A stretch of DNA of 63,946 nucleotides, filler included, from Octopus bimaculoides (taxonomy: Eukaryota), in NCBI RefSeq assembly GCF_001194135.2. It is 5 parts of 3 records of this genome, joined end to end, with 100 filler letters (N's around TTAATTAATTAA, not from the genome) between each part and the next. Parts side by side here need not be neighbours in the genome. Positions count along the whole stretch, not along the records: positions 30,588 to 51,015 come from NC_068985.1; 4 more parts are not named here. One strand, given 5' to 3'. The notes beneath the pieces are model-generated. The model saw only the letters and a program-made list of their open reading frames with translations. It was not told the origin of the DNA and did not search any database. The position numbers were made by a program, and so were the translations under genes. Below, in pieces: positions 36,571-50,153 of the stretch (positions within the stretch are counted from its first letter, which is position 1; every line of letters begins with the position of its first letter).

Positions 36571-39102
36571 ATACTGCGTATGTTGTTATATTTTTGTATT
36601 GACTGAAAATGTAATAAATCAAAATTAATGAGCAGCTGATGGAGAATTCATGAGAACGAATAGGTTTGCAAATGTATTGGTTTATGCTTTTAGTTTGTAT
36701 TAAGACGTTTATACATAAGTAGCTGTTACAGCTTTTGGATTAAAGAAATTGTTAATTATATGTAAAGATTTCGAAGGTCATAATTGTAATGGGAATAACA
36801 TTTTAATCTAACTAATAACACATTTGTTAAAAATCCTTTCAACCATCTCTGACAAGTTAAATGACAAGTTTGCATAAAATATTTACAAAGGAAATAAGTG
36901 GAAATTTAGTACTGAGTTGCAAGTTATAAAACAGTTTCATTGTTTGTATGTGTGTATGTATGTATGTATGTATGTATGTATGTATGTATGTATGTATGTA
37001 TGTATGTGTGTATGTATGTGTATGTGTGTGTATGTATGTGTATGTGTGTGTCATTATTCAGTTTTGTTTCATGATTTCTTGCTAATAGGGAAAGAGCCAG
37101 TTTCTCACCTAGATCAAAAGCTTCTTCATTGGAATTTAAACAAGATCAACAGGGTATTTTTGTATGATGCATGTATGCATGAGCAATTTAGCATCACACT
37201 AGAATCTGTCTTTCTGTCTGTCTGCCTGCCAGTCTGTCTNNNNNNNNNNNNNNNNNNNNNNNNNNNNNNNNNNNNNNNNNNNNNNNNNNNNNNNNNNNNN
37301 NNNNNNNNNNNNNNNNNNNNNNNNNNNNNNNNNNNNNNNNNNNNNNNNNNNNNNNNNNNNNNNNNNNNNNNNNNNNNNNNNNNNNNNNNNNNNNNNNNNN
37401 NNNNNNNNNNNNNNNNNNNNNNNNNNNNNNNNNNNNNNNNNNNNNNNNNNNNNNNNNNNNNNNNNNNNNNNNNNNNNNNNNNNNNNNNNNNNNNNNNNNN
37501 NNNNNNNNNNNNNNNNNNNNNNNNNNNNNNNNNNNNNNNNNNNNNNNNNNNNNNNNNNNNNNNNNNNNNNNNNNNNNNNNNNNNNNNNNNNNNNNNNNNN
37601 NNNNNNNNNNNNNNNNNNNNNNNNNNNNNNNNNNNNNNNNNNNNNNNNNNNNNNNNNNNNNNNNNNNNNNNNNNNNNNNNNNNNNNNNNNNNNNNNNNNN
37701 NNNNNNNNNNNNNNNNNNNNNNNNNNNNNNNNNNNNNNNNNNNNNNNNNNNNNNNNNNNNNNNNNNNNNNNNNNNNNNNNNNNNNNNNNNNNNNNNNNNN
37801 NNNNNNNNNNNNNNNNNNNNNNNNNNNNNNNNNNNNNNNNNNNNNNNNNNNNNNNNNNNNNNNNNNNNNNNNNNNNNNNNNNNNNNNNNNNNNNNNNNNN
37901 NNNNNNNNNNNNNNNNNNNNNNNNNNNNNNNNNNNNNNNNNNNNNNNNNNNNNNNNNNNNNNNNNNNNNNNNNNNNNNNNNNNNNNNNNNNNNNNNNNNN
38001 ATATATATATATATATAAAGCAGTGTTGTGTATTAAACAAACATTTAAATCAGTTCAAATTTCTCGACATATTTGAGATGTAAAATGCTATTTTCCCTGT
38101 AGTTTGCCATGGACAAAATTATCGATTTATATTTACATACATACATACATACACACATATATGTAGTAACGTACATACTTATATGTATATACATTAAAGA
38201 CTAGGTCTTATGTAATCCATAGCACAATAGATAACTGCTCATTAAATTTCGTCCACTAAATCCAAGCATTTACATACAATCATAAACTGCTGTAAATATT
38301 CTCTGAACAACAAATGTAATATATACAAGTGGAAAAGCCGTAAAGGTTACATACACAATATGCTACATACTTTATTTGTGCTTAAGAGATTTTTTCTTAA
38401 GATAAAAATCACCAAATCTACAAGTACAGAATTGTGATTTATTTAAGCGAAATGAAACTAATTAAAGTCAAATTAATTAATTAATATATATATCCAAATT
38501 ATCGGGAATTTTATGTTAATGAGATCAACGTTACTGTGCCATGCATATCGAAACAGAGGAGATCTGATATCAAAATCCAGAGGAGGAGTAAACAGAAAAA
38601 GAAAGAAAAAAGTAAACAACGTGCAACTTTATTCTGCAGTCGAAAGTTTTGAGGATTCAGTCTCCCGGCGGGGGTGGGCTAAATTTGAAGTTGCGCGGAA
38701 GTGAATCAAACTGTTTTCAAAGGATATGCGTGGTGGATTTTGAAAACATTATAACATATAAAGATGGGATACGTGCTATTGGTCTCATTATTATAGGTTA
38801 CTCTTGGATGGCTCGGTTACTGATGAGAATTTGCCTAGTAAATTACTTTATTTACTAAAAAAAATTTGAAACCTATAGGTATAACCGAAAAAACTGTAAA
38901 AGTTTTTCTTTCATTCCCTATGTAATGACTTAAATTTTGTTGTTTTTTTCGGTCGTTTTGACTGTCTCCTAGCATGTAGAAATTGCCTGTTAGAGGTAAT
39001 TTCTCTTGTATTTAAATGTACGCTATTTTTTATTGAATAATATGTCGCCTATTGAATTTTTTACATGCTAGACCACTGGTAGTGAAATTTATAAAAATTT
39101 GC

Positions 39103-39141
<39 letters not shown>

Positions 39142-39390
39142 NNNNNNNNNNNNNNNNNNNNNNNNNNNNNNNNNNNNNNNNNNNNNNNNNNNNNNNNNNN
39201 NNNNNNNNNNNNNNNNNNNNNNNNNNNNNNNNNNNNNNNNNNNNNNNNNNNNNNNNNNNNNNNNNNNNNNNNNNNNNNNNNNNNNNNNNNNNNNNNNNNN
39301 NNNNNNNNNNNNNNNNNNNNNNNNNNNNNNNNNNNNNNNNNNNNNNNNNNNNNNNNNNNNNNNNNNNNNNNNNNNNNNNNNNNNNNNNNN

Positions 39391-39431
<41 letters not shown>

Positions 39432-39512
39432 AACTATACCATTTGAATCCATCCATCCATCCATCCATCCATACATACATACACACACACATACATACAT
39501 ACATGCATGCAT

Positions 39513-40200
39513 ACTAGCAGAGATATCCGGCGTTACTCGGGATTCAAATGGCATAGTTTGTATATATATATATATATTATAGCTATTTTGAAACAGGTGA
39601 TACCGTAAAGTGCAGCGTTGACGACAAAACATTTGTGGAGTTTATGATGTGCTAATTCGGGTAAGCGATATGCCATGCTTCTGTTTGGAGTAATCCAGGC
39701 CGTAACCTGTCATGGAAAAATTTTAACGCACCGAAAATCTGTCAGTGGATATACTCCACTTTGCGGCAGTCGGCACTGCGCCTAATAGAACCCATCGTCT
39801 GAAGTTTTGACCCTTCCTTCGGATTTGTTGTCCTACATTACTCACGAAGTAAATTTAGAGGAAGTGTAGTTTTTCCTTTGTGGGTAACAGGAAGCCAATG
39901 AAGTGATAAACTTGCCATGAACTTTGAGCCTCTCCCTGCTTCTAACTTTTCTACATCACACCATAACGAATAGATGACACAATATCGATAAAGAAATTTA
40001 AGAAATTTGAAAAAAAAATATGAAACCGGTTATTTCTCCCAAACAATGTCACTGTACACAAAATTTTACATCATTTTCCTAACATGACGATTTTAATATA
40101 TTTTTTAACCATATAACACAAATCTTCTGTAATTTTGTCATTCTATTTTGTTTTTTTATACATCCAACCACGTGCTTTCACACACCAACTCTCTCACACA
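39513..40200 (-). mobile_element. Probable non-autonomous Helitron-type element
   Basis: Minus strand ends ...CCCGAGTAACGCCGGATATCTCTGCTAG|T, a subterminal hairpin plus CTAG as at Helitron 3' ends. The far end is uncertain. Confidence 0.55.
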
Positions 40201-40219
40201 TATATACATACATACACAC

Positions 40220-40253
<34 letters not shown>

Positions 40254-41004
40254 NNNNNNNNNNNNNNNNNNNNNNNNNNNNNNNNNNNNNNNNNNNNNNN
40301 NNNNNNNNNNNNNNNNNNNNNNNNNNNNNNNNNNNNNNNNNNNNNNNNNNNNNNNNNNNNNNNNNNNNNNNNNNNNNNNNNNNNNNNNNNNNNNNNNNNN
40401 NNNNNNNNNNNNNNNNNNNNNNNNNNNNNNNNNNNNNNNNNNNNNNNNNNNNNNNNNNNNNNNNNNNNNNNNNNNNNNNNNNNNNNNNNNNNNNNNNNNN
40501 NNNNNNNNNNNNNNNNNNNNNNNNNNNNNNNNNNNNNNNNNNNNNNNNNNNNNNNNNNNNNNNNNNNNNNNNNNNNNNNNNNNNNNNNNNNNNNNNNNNN
40601 NNNNNNNNNNNNNNNNNNNNNNNNNNNNNNNNNNNNNNNNNNNNNNNNNNNNNNNNNNNNNNNNNNNNNNNNNNNNNNNNNNNNNNNNNNNNNNNNNNNN
40701 NNNNNNNNNNNNNNNNNNNNNNNNNNNNNNNNNNNNNNNNNNNNNNNNNNNNNNNNNNNNNNNNNNNNNNNNNNNNNNNNNNNNNNNNNNNNNNNNNNNN
40801 NNNNNNNNNNNNNNNNNNNNNNNNNNNNNNNNNNNNNNNNNNNNNNNNNNNNNNNNNNNNNNNNNNNNNNNNNNNNNNNNNNNNNNNNNNNNNNNNNNNN
40901 NNNNNNNNNNNNNNNNNNNNNNNNNNNNNNNNNNNNNNNNNNNNNNNNNNNNNNNNNNNNNNNNNNNNNNNNNTACATATATATATACATATATATATAC
41001 ATAT

Positions 41005-41335
41005 AGGCGCAGGAGTGGCTGTGTGGTAAGTAGCTTGCTTACGAACCACATGGTTCTGGGTTCAGTCCCACTTCATGGCACTTTGGGCAAGTGTCTTCTA
41101 CTATAGCCTCGGGCCAACCAAAGCCTTCTGAGTGGATTTGGTAGACAAAAACTGAAAAAAAGCTCCCCTCCCAACATCGCTGGACAACCGATGCTGGTGT
41201 GTTTACGTCCTCGTAACTTAGCGGTTCGGCAAAAAAGACCGATAGAATAAGTACTAGGCTTACAAAGAATAAGTCCTGGCGTCGATTTGCTCGACTAAAG
41301 GCGGTGCTGAAACAAGTAAAAGAGAAAAGAGAGTG
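41005..41335 (+). mobile_element. SINE family A with internal deletions
   Basis: GGCGCAGGAGTGGCTGTGTGGTAAG through GGCGGTGCTGAAACAAGTAAAAGAG. Confidence 0.9.
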
Positions 41336-41341
41336 TATATA

Positions 41342-41700
41342 CAGATATGACAGAAGTAAATAGACACCCTTGTTATCGTGAAAATTTAATTAAATCTGAA
41401 ATTATACATTGAAATTATTTATTGATTATTAAAATGTAAATATCTAACATTCAGTAGACATGCTCTTCACACTTTTCGGTGGAAGGACCTTATTAGGTAT
41501 GCTATTGATCGGATGATGAATATTCTCTTGAGGAATGTCTTGCCAAGTTTCATGTAGTAATGTCAAACGATCTGACTTTGAAGATGCTTTCTTGTTCTTT
41601 TTGTGAAGTGTCCTCTCTATTATGCTCCAAAGATGATGAATAGAGTTAATATCTGGTAACTGACCATCGAAGCGTTTAATGCCATTTTCTTCCAACTAAA
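41342..41700 (-). mobile_element. Tc1-like element 3' end (transposase C-terminus plus TIR)
   Basis: QLPDINSIHHLWSIIER...TWQDIPQENIHHPINSIP resembles the DDE_3 SPDLNPIEHLW region. Terminal TA|CAGATATGACAGAAGTAAATAGACACCC. Confidence 0.75.
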
Positions 41701-41714
41701 CTTGGGTCTTTTCA

Positions 41715-42300
41715 ACTGTGTGACAAGGAGTTAATGGAGGGGATGTACGACGACGATTTCGGGGCGTACCTGGGCGTCGACGAGGAATACCTGACCCGCC
41801 TGTTCAAGACGACTTTCGGACCGGGATCTTATGGACAACTTCCAAAGATCCCTAACCTGGAAGTGCTATCGAGAAGCGCAACCCGTTCGGGATAAGCTCT
41901 ACAGGCATGGCTCGAGAATCACGGGGCCGACCTGCCAGAGATGCGGTCAGAGCAACGAAACCGTCCTGCTATCGCGTGTGGGACGAGTCAGTTTATCAAC
42001 CGAGTCTATCGTGAATATTGTCGCGCCTCCCTCCTTGAAACGGGAAGGAAGAGCCATGTTCATCGTACTTGTGGATGTAGCGAAAGAATGTGTATGGTGG
42101 ACGCGTCTGAAAGGTATAGAGACAAACACATTCCTTTCTGGTGAATCTCTCATCAACTTCTTTAAGTATCACTTGAAGAGAAAGGTGAGAGTAGAGAGGG
42201 AAATTTTGTCTAGTGAATGTTTCAAAAAGTGATGGGTGAATGTAGCAAGTATGGCACGTGTGAATGACCGAGCCACCATGAGCATAATCCTATAAACGAG
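41715..42300 (+). mobile_element. L1/Tx1-clade LINE C-terminal zinc-knuckle (zf-RVT-like) fragment
   Basis: MDNFQRSLTWKCYREAQPVRDKLYRHG...TCQRCGQSNETVL...AKECVWWTRLKG. Confidence 0.75.
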
Positions 42301-44694
42301 ATGAAAAAGGTAAAAAGAGAGTCACTTACTGTAATGTAATTTTGGCATGACATTATTGCCCAAGGTTACCGTGATCTTTTCCGTAGGTTTTCTTTCCACA
42401 GATAAACCTAATCTGTTTTCCCTTTTTACATTGACATTTCTTTGATACACAATCCCTAGTGATCGGCCTTTTTTCTTTTCTTTTTTTTCCACGATCCCTT
42501 TTGATCGAAATTAGAGCCACTTTTTTTTTCTCTTCTTCTTCCCAAAAAGTAAAGTTCTACTTTGTATTTTGTCCCTCTGTGTTCAGCCCTATGTGGTCAA
42601 TAAAGAACCATATCTTTTGTATGGTCTTTAGAGCCCCCTCACCGAAAGTTTCGACATTTCGTATACGAATACGTCAATGTAAATAATGCGATCGAAGATA
42701 GAAATGATGGTGATGGGTGTATATGCACATTTCTCGGGTTATTGCTCTTTCTTCAACATCACATCCAAACCATCAGCTATCGATGAAAGCATTGCTTAAA
42801 TAATATGCTTAGCAGTGTAACAATATTGGACAGACGAATTCACATTTTCAGCACACGCACCCCGCCACAAACACACAGAGGCACGCACAGACTCTCACAT
42901 TAACTAAGAGGCTAAGTTAAATATTTGTGCATTATTAAATATTTGCACATGTTAAAGTTAGTTTCACCTTTTATTGCAACGTACACGTTTTTCGAGTGAA
43001 TGATATTTTCCCTTACATTGTAAATCAAAACATTACTGTGTATCTTCTTTCACGTGTAATGTATTGGTTGAAAACACGAATAACTCCTTTAAATAAATGT
43101 ATAGATGTCTCTCATCTTAACAGTAGAAGCCAAGTAGTTTCATTACTGTTTGCTCATCAAATATTGTTTCAAATACCATTTTTCTTGTTTAGCTTCATGT
43201 TTATAATATGAATTTAGCTTGAAATGAATATCACAGTGTTTGATTATAAACATTATAATGCAGATTTTAGTTGCTTTCAGCTCCAATGAAAAACTTATGT
43301 TCTTTTAAAAAGACAAAGTAACTGACTTTAATTGTACTGCTTAGTAATGTTGCATAAATATGTTTTACATAACGTTTTATTTGATATAGTGTGAAGAGAA
43401 GAAATCTAAATTGAATATCTCAGTGTGAAGTAACAAATAACTGTTTTTAATAGTTTTTAAAAAATGGTTTGAGGCAATTTATTATGTTTGGTATTGAGAT
43501 AAAAACATCTTATTAGGTGCTGATTATTTACAGAACGAGTTTATCTAACTCGTATATTATTTTGTAGGCAGAACACTGTAGCGTTCTACTTACAAGGTGG
43601 AACTTGTTCTTTTGGAAGCTTTCGCTTAAGTGGCAAATATTGGTGGATTCTCATTTGAGATAACGTAAATAAAGCATCCAGGACTTTTTTCCATAGTGAT
43701 TCCAAACTAAAATGAGAAAAAAAGAAGATAAAAATGCAGGGGCGATGCATACCCTGCGCGCACACAAGGATAAAATAAAATCTAATTTGATAAATATATT
43801 TTCAGACGAATTCATATTTTAACAAAATGCCACCAAGAGTTATTTCCCTTGCTTATCGTTTGTATGTATGTGAAACAAAGGGAAAAAATACATTTTGATT
43901 CACCCGTCCGCCAGTCTTAAAAATAAGGAAACAAAAGTTTAGGGAAATCCAGCCATTTACCCAATGCGTATTTCTCCCAAATTTGGTGAGAATCCGTTGA
44001 ATCGTTTATTAGTAATTCCGCAAACACACAAACAGACAAATTGGCAAAACCAGACACAAACAAGAAACAATAGTGAGTAAATTTATCGAGTCTTATAACA
44101 GAAATTGATATATCGTATGTTATTACAGGCACACAGTGTCTAGAATTTCAATATTATTACTTTGTTGGTTAATATCAATGAATCATAATTTAATGTAGGT
44201 ACACCATGGACATATATTGATTTCAGAGTGTACAGGAGTATGAAGATTCAATTAAGCAATGTATTTTATGTTGAACCTTGGAATCGAGCCTTTTTCCCAT
44301 GTTAATTCTTCACTAGAAGAATGATGGCGTATTGATTGATTGAATGATCTCAGTAACACCGATGGAAATGCAGTACAAAAGCACCCAGCCTGGTAGAAGT
44401 TGAAGTAAGCTAAGAGGGGCGGGAAGTTGAGATGTAGTCTTGCATTCTATTTGGTATACAGTATGGAATGTTTGAGTCTACAGCAGCAACACCATTCAGA
44501 AGTAATGAACGAAATCTGTAAGTCACTGGACATTTTGTATAAGGTTTTAAGAGACTTAGGGGGTTATAACGTGTATTTCAAAGCTCCACTACGTTTATTG
44601 GCTACCATATGCTAACAAACAACAGGAATACTCCTTTTAATGGATATACACGTGGAAATCCGTTAGTGTAGCGTTGTTGTATGAATTCTTTGTG

Positions 44695-44995
44695 TTAGGC
44701 GCAATTATGGCTGTGTGGTAAGAAGCTTGCTTCCCAACCACACTGTTCCGGGTTCAGTCCATGCGTTGGGCAGATGTCTTTTCTACTTTAGCTCGGGTCT
44801 ACCAAAGTCTTATGAGTATATTTGGTAGATGGAAACTGAAAGAAGCCCGTCATATATAGAAATTTGTGTGTGTGTCTGTGTGTGTTTGTGTCTGTATTTG
44901 TCCACCTACCACCGCTCAAAAACCGGTGTTGGTGTGTTTACATCCCCATAGAATAATGGTGTGGCAAAAGAAACCGATAAAATATATACTAGCCT
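44695..44995 (+). mobile_element. SINE family A
   Basis: GGCGCAATTATGGCTGTGTGGTAAG...GGTTCAGTCC...GGAAACTGAAAGAAGCCCGTC. Confidence 0.85.
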
Positions 44996-46387
44996 TGCAA
45001 CCAATACCCCCCCCCCATATANNNNNNNNNNNNNNNNNNNNNNNNNNNNNNNNNNNNNNNNNNNNNNNNNNNNNNNNNNNNNNNNNNNNNNNNNNNNNNN
45101 NNNNNNNNNNNNNNNNNNNNNNNNNNNNNNNNNNNNNNNNNNNNNNNNNNNNNNNNNNNNNNNNNNNNNNNNNNNNNNNNNNNNNNNNNNNNNNNNNNNN
45201 NNNNNTATATATATATATATATATATATATCTTATTTATATTATTTATATTATTATTTAATTGAACGCCACGCATCCATTTCCAAGTAAGTTTATCTTAA
45301 TCTTTTTGATGCGACTCTACTCTATACTGTTTTCTCTTCCATCTTTTTATCCCGTTAACCGTTTTCTATATGTCTTTCTCCCCTTGTTCTCTTTTTCTCG
45401 CTCTCGTTGCTCACATGTGACAATCGTCCATCTTTCTTTTCCTTCAGGTCTGTCCTAAGGAATGAACGTATTCTGTCTCTCTCTCTCTTCTGTCTTTCCT
45501 CTTTTCAAAGAAAATATTTCTGAAGCGTTCGCTATTTTACCCTCGTTCTTGTCTAACAACCCGCCATGTTTGTTTTCGTTCGGTTTCTTTGTATATCTCC
45601 ACTGTCCTGTTTTTGTTCCCAACTTTGACTCTACGTACATCCTAAATTTTATTTTGGTACTTATGGGAGCAACTGTATTCGAAGACTCATATTGTCGTCC
45701 AATGCTGGAAATGAGGAGTAGATAGACGGCCGACAACAACTGATGAAGGGTCGTTCTTTGAGTTACTTGTCCTTCTTTCCATTTGTTTCCCCTCTTCCAT
45801 TTGTTTCTCTCGCTGTTTGCGTATTGATCTCATTTGTTTTCGTATTATCTGTTGTTTAGTGTTGGTGACGTCATGTACCCATATATGAGAGACTGTTGAA
45901 GGAAATAATAAGTTGAAGGAAATAATAAGAGTGAAGATGCCGGAAACGTGTGCTGAGAAATGCATTTTGATACATGAGGAAAACTAATGGAGTACATAAA
46001 AGAATTTGATGAGAATGCAAGAACGAAACGAGTTTGTTTGGTGGAAACACCACCCACTAGAACTGATTATTTACAGTTGATAAAGACGGAAGTAACAGTG
46101 ATTAATGGGAGAAGAATAACTAAAATATCTTAAATTTTTGGGTTGCAAAACTGTTAAAGTAAAAGTGAAAAACTGGATAAATGTAACCACCCGACTTCGC
46201 GGATCGAGTGGACATTGCGCCTCATTTTTCATTCTTGCATATTATCATTTTCTTTTAATATTGCTTCTACTATTATCATTCGCTTTTGTAATTTTTAGTT
46301 CCCCAATTTTATGTCTGTTACGTTTTGTACTGTCTTTATGTTTTGTGATGTCCTATAAAAACTCTTTGTATAGCCTTTTTGGGTAAT

Positions 46388-47765
46388 AAAGAAATCGGTA
46401 TTCTGTCTGTCTTTACGTTCTGAGTTCAAATTCCGCCGATGTCGACTTTGCCTTTCATTCTTTCGGGGTCGATGAATTAAGTACCAATTACGTAGTGTAG
46501 TCGATCTAATCGACTGGCCCCTCCCCCCAAATTTCAAGCCTTGTGCCTAGAGTAGAAAAGAAAATATGGGTAACAAAATGCGGCGAGCTGGCAGAAACGT
46601 TAGCACGCCGGGCAAAATGCTTCGCGGTATTCTGTCTGTCTTTATTTTCTGAGTTCAAATCCCGCCGATGTCGGCTTTGCTTTTCATTCTTTCAGGGTCA
46701 ATGAATTAAATACCAGTTACGTACTGGGGTCGATCTAATCGACTGCCCCCTTCCTCCAAATTTCGGGCCCTGTTCCTACACTAGAAAAGAATATTTCTGA
46801 CTGTTCACTCAGCATCCATAAACCAAAATATGAACAACAATAACGTTAGAAATTTCATTCTGATCAACAACAACAACAACAACAAACATTACAATTTTCA
46901 TCATATGAACCTTATCCCTTCATCGCTAGTATAATGCCACAATCAGCGCAAGAATATTTTATACAAACAACAGCATAGCAATTGCTAGTCAAAATAGATT
47001 TACTGCAAAAACATAACTCGATATGTTGTAGATTAACGTTTATTTTATTGTCAAAATAACAAGCTCATACCTCGTAGTGAATCATCCTAGAGCTATTGAA
47101 AATTCTGTCTGCAAATAACAATTATTGTTTCGTGATCTTTTCCCAATGTTGCTATGTGAATTTCACGTTCAAGCAACCATTGTTAATGGCTGTTTATTTC
47201 TGGAGTGTATCTCTTTCGTTCGACATCTCAGCCGCCATTGATATCATTGCATTTGCAAATAATGAAACCTAAAATAGATTGTAACAGATTTTATTCAGAA
47301 TAATTCTGTAAAATTTGCTCTAGTGCCAGTGGGGTAGTTCTATCGGCATGATGTTTCCCTATATCTGGATGTCTCAATTTATTCTTCAAGTTCAAGTCAT
47401 ATAAATGGTTCTGATTTAATTTGTGTCTTACTGTAATCATATGTTTTGTGATGTCCTATAAAAACTCTTTGTATAGCCTTTTTGTGTAATAAAGAAATCG
47501 GTATTCTGTCTGTCTTTACGTTCTGAGTTCAAATTCCGCCGATGTCTACTTTGCCTTTCATTCTTTCGGGGTCGATGAATTAAGTACCAATTACGTACTG
47601 GAGTCGATCTAATCGACTGGCCCCTCCCCCCCAAATTTCAAGCCTTGTGCCTAGAGTGGAAAAGAAAATATGGGTAATAAAAGGCGGTGAGCTGGCAGAA
47701 ACATTAGAACGCCGGGCAAAATGCTTCGCGGTATTCTGTCTGTCTTTATTTTCTGAGTTCAAACC
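46388..47765 (+). mobile_element. Family-B SINE copies (~46388-46560, 46575-46790, 47488-47670, 47680-47765)
   Basis: GGCGAGCTGGCAGAAACGTTAGCACGCCGGG...GAGTTCAAATTCCGCC...GCCTTTCATTCTTTCGGGGTCGATGAATTAAGTACC. Confidence 0.9.
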
Positions 47766-48823
47766 CACGCAGCCACACAGATTTAGATATCTGATTTAGT
47801 ATCAAACGTAAAATTAACACAAATATTTCGCAAAACTGTATTTTCGTTTGCATTTCTTTCGCTTATGAAATCTAATCACGAATTAGGAGATATTGAGAAT
47901 ACAAAGTATAAAAACCTTCCAAATATGGCTTACCTATCCTTTGTTGTCATATATGGACGATTATCTGAGTTCGCATCTGAGCATAATTTTAAAGTAAGAG
48001 TTTTCAAGACTTTTTTTTTTACCTACCTAAGTTATATGTCTGCTCAATAAATTCTTTAGAGTGTTATATATNNNNNNNNNNNNNNNNNNNNNNNNNNNNN
48101 NNNNNNNNNNNNNNNNNNNNNNNNNNNNNNNNNNNNNNNNNNNNNNNNNNNNNNNNNNNNNNNNNNNNNNNNNNNNNNNNNNNNNNNNNNNNNNNNNNNN
48201 NNNNNNNNNNNNNNNNNNNNNNNNNNNNNNNNNNNNNNNNNNNNNNNNNNNNNNNNNNNNNNNNNNNNNNNNNNNNNNNNNNNNNNNNNNNNNNNNNNNN
48301 NNNNNNNNNNNNNNNNNNNNNNNNNNNNNNNNNNNNNNNNNNNNNNNNNNNNNNNNNNNNNNNNNNNNNNNNNNNNNNNNNNNNNNNNNNNNNNNNNNNN
48401 NNNNNNNNNNNNNNNNNNNNNNNNNNNNNNNNNNNNNNNNNNNNNNNNNNNNNNNNNNNNNNNNNNNNNNNNNNNNNNNNNNNNNNNNNNNNNNNNNNNN
48501 NNNNNNNNNNNNNNNNNNNNNNNNNNNNNNNNNNNNNNNNNNNNNNNNNNNNNNNNNNNNNNNNNNNNNNNNNNNNNNNNNNNNNNNNNNNNNNNNNNNN
48601 NNNNNNNNNNNNNNNNNNNNNNNNNNNNNNNNNNNNNNNNNNNNNNNNNNNNNNNNNNNNNNNNNNNNNNNNNNNNNNNNNNNNNNNNNNNNNNNNNNNN
48701 NNNNNNNNNNNNNNNNNNNNNNNNNNNNNNNNNNNNNNNNNNNNNNNNNNNNNNNNNNNNNNNNNNNNNNNNNNNNNNNNNNNNNNNNNNNNNNNNNNNN
48801 NNNNNNNNNNNNNNNNNNNNNNN

Positions 48824-48876
<53 letters not shown>

Positions 48877-49324
48877 CATCCATATACACATACATGCACA
48901 GCTACAAACACATGCACAAACACACGCATACACACATAATTGTCTTACAGCGTTTGGTAAATTGACACTATCATTATTTGTGGAACCCTGCTATTACTGT
49001 AGTTTTAAATAAAGACACAACACATTTCCTCTCTTCATCGCGTTGTGATTGAACTTAATTATTGCTTCAAGCTAATAACACCTCAATCCTAATAAGAACG
49101 CGTAAGCGTTCGAGTTTACAGTATCATCCAACTTGAAACTGCAGGCAATAGCGTTGAGGATACGTACGGAATTCATAAGCATAGATATTCTTCTTTGAAG
49201 ACTCATTATAGTTCACAGTATCAGGCAGTTCAATTTAACCTATAAACTGTTTGGCATTTAATTTTACCCATCCTGGAAAAGTCAAATATAAAGTTGACCA
49301 TTGTGGTTTTTTAACGCAGAGCAA

Positions 49325-49390
49325 TATAATAATCTACATAATATAATATAATATAATATAATATAATATAATATAATATATAATATAAAA
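49325..49390. repeat. (ATATA)n pentanucleotide-type microsatellite
   Basis: Repeated ATAATATATAAT units, seen directly. Confidence 0.85.
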
Positions 49391-50119
49391 GGTCGTAAGA
49401 TATAATATTACTTGGATCGGCTTTCTAAAACCTTGACACTCTCACTGCCTATTTCTTTTCTTCTTTACTCGTTTGCTCCGTTACTTGAGCCATTAACTTG
49501 TGGTGGAGCCACAAGAGCTCAGCTATGAGACCAAACTTCATCAGTAATTGCTTGGATAACCTAGAATATAACATTACACAAGATTTGCCTCTCCTTCGTC
49601 TATCTTTTCTTTTGTCTCCATTTTTCTTGAAACAAAGTGCTACAAATTATGGCCCATGCAAGGTAAATACATCTTGTCATACATAAAAACAAAAGCTGCC
49701 ATTTTTTCTCACTGTTTTCACAAGATGACTCATATTAAGTTTCTTTTACTTTTAGTGCTTGCGTTTGCAAGCCTGATATTGTAAAATTAATGAGCATGCG
49801 CAGAAGATACTTATTTTGTCCTGAATTCATTGCTACGCAAATATTAGATTAACTACCTTCAATTTCTTTTTCTTTCTGGGATCTCATTTTTCTAACATAC
49901 ACCCCCACATGCCTATTAGAAGAAAGTTACACGCATGCACATAAACTTATATATATATATNNNNNNNNNNNNNNNNNNNNNNNNNNNNNNNNNNNNNNNN
50001 NNNNNNNNNNNNNNNNNNNNNNNNNNNNNNNNNNNNNNNNNNNNNNNNNNNNNNNNNNNNNNNNNNNNNNNNNNNNNNNNNNNNNNNNNNNNNNNNNNNN
50101 NNNNNNNNNNNNNNNNNNN

Positions 50120-50153
<34 letters not shown>

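Noticed and set aside
33780-43680. LDALFT occurring in two minus-strand translations
   Set aside because: Six residues only, different codons, and one lies in a presumed intron; treated as coincidence.
45690-46040. CTGATGAAGGG, TGAAGATGCCGGAAAC and TTGATGAG...CGAAAC as hammerhead cores
   Set aside because: No complete core with a pairable helix II; at most decayed remnants.
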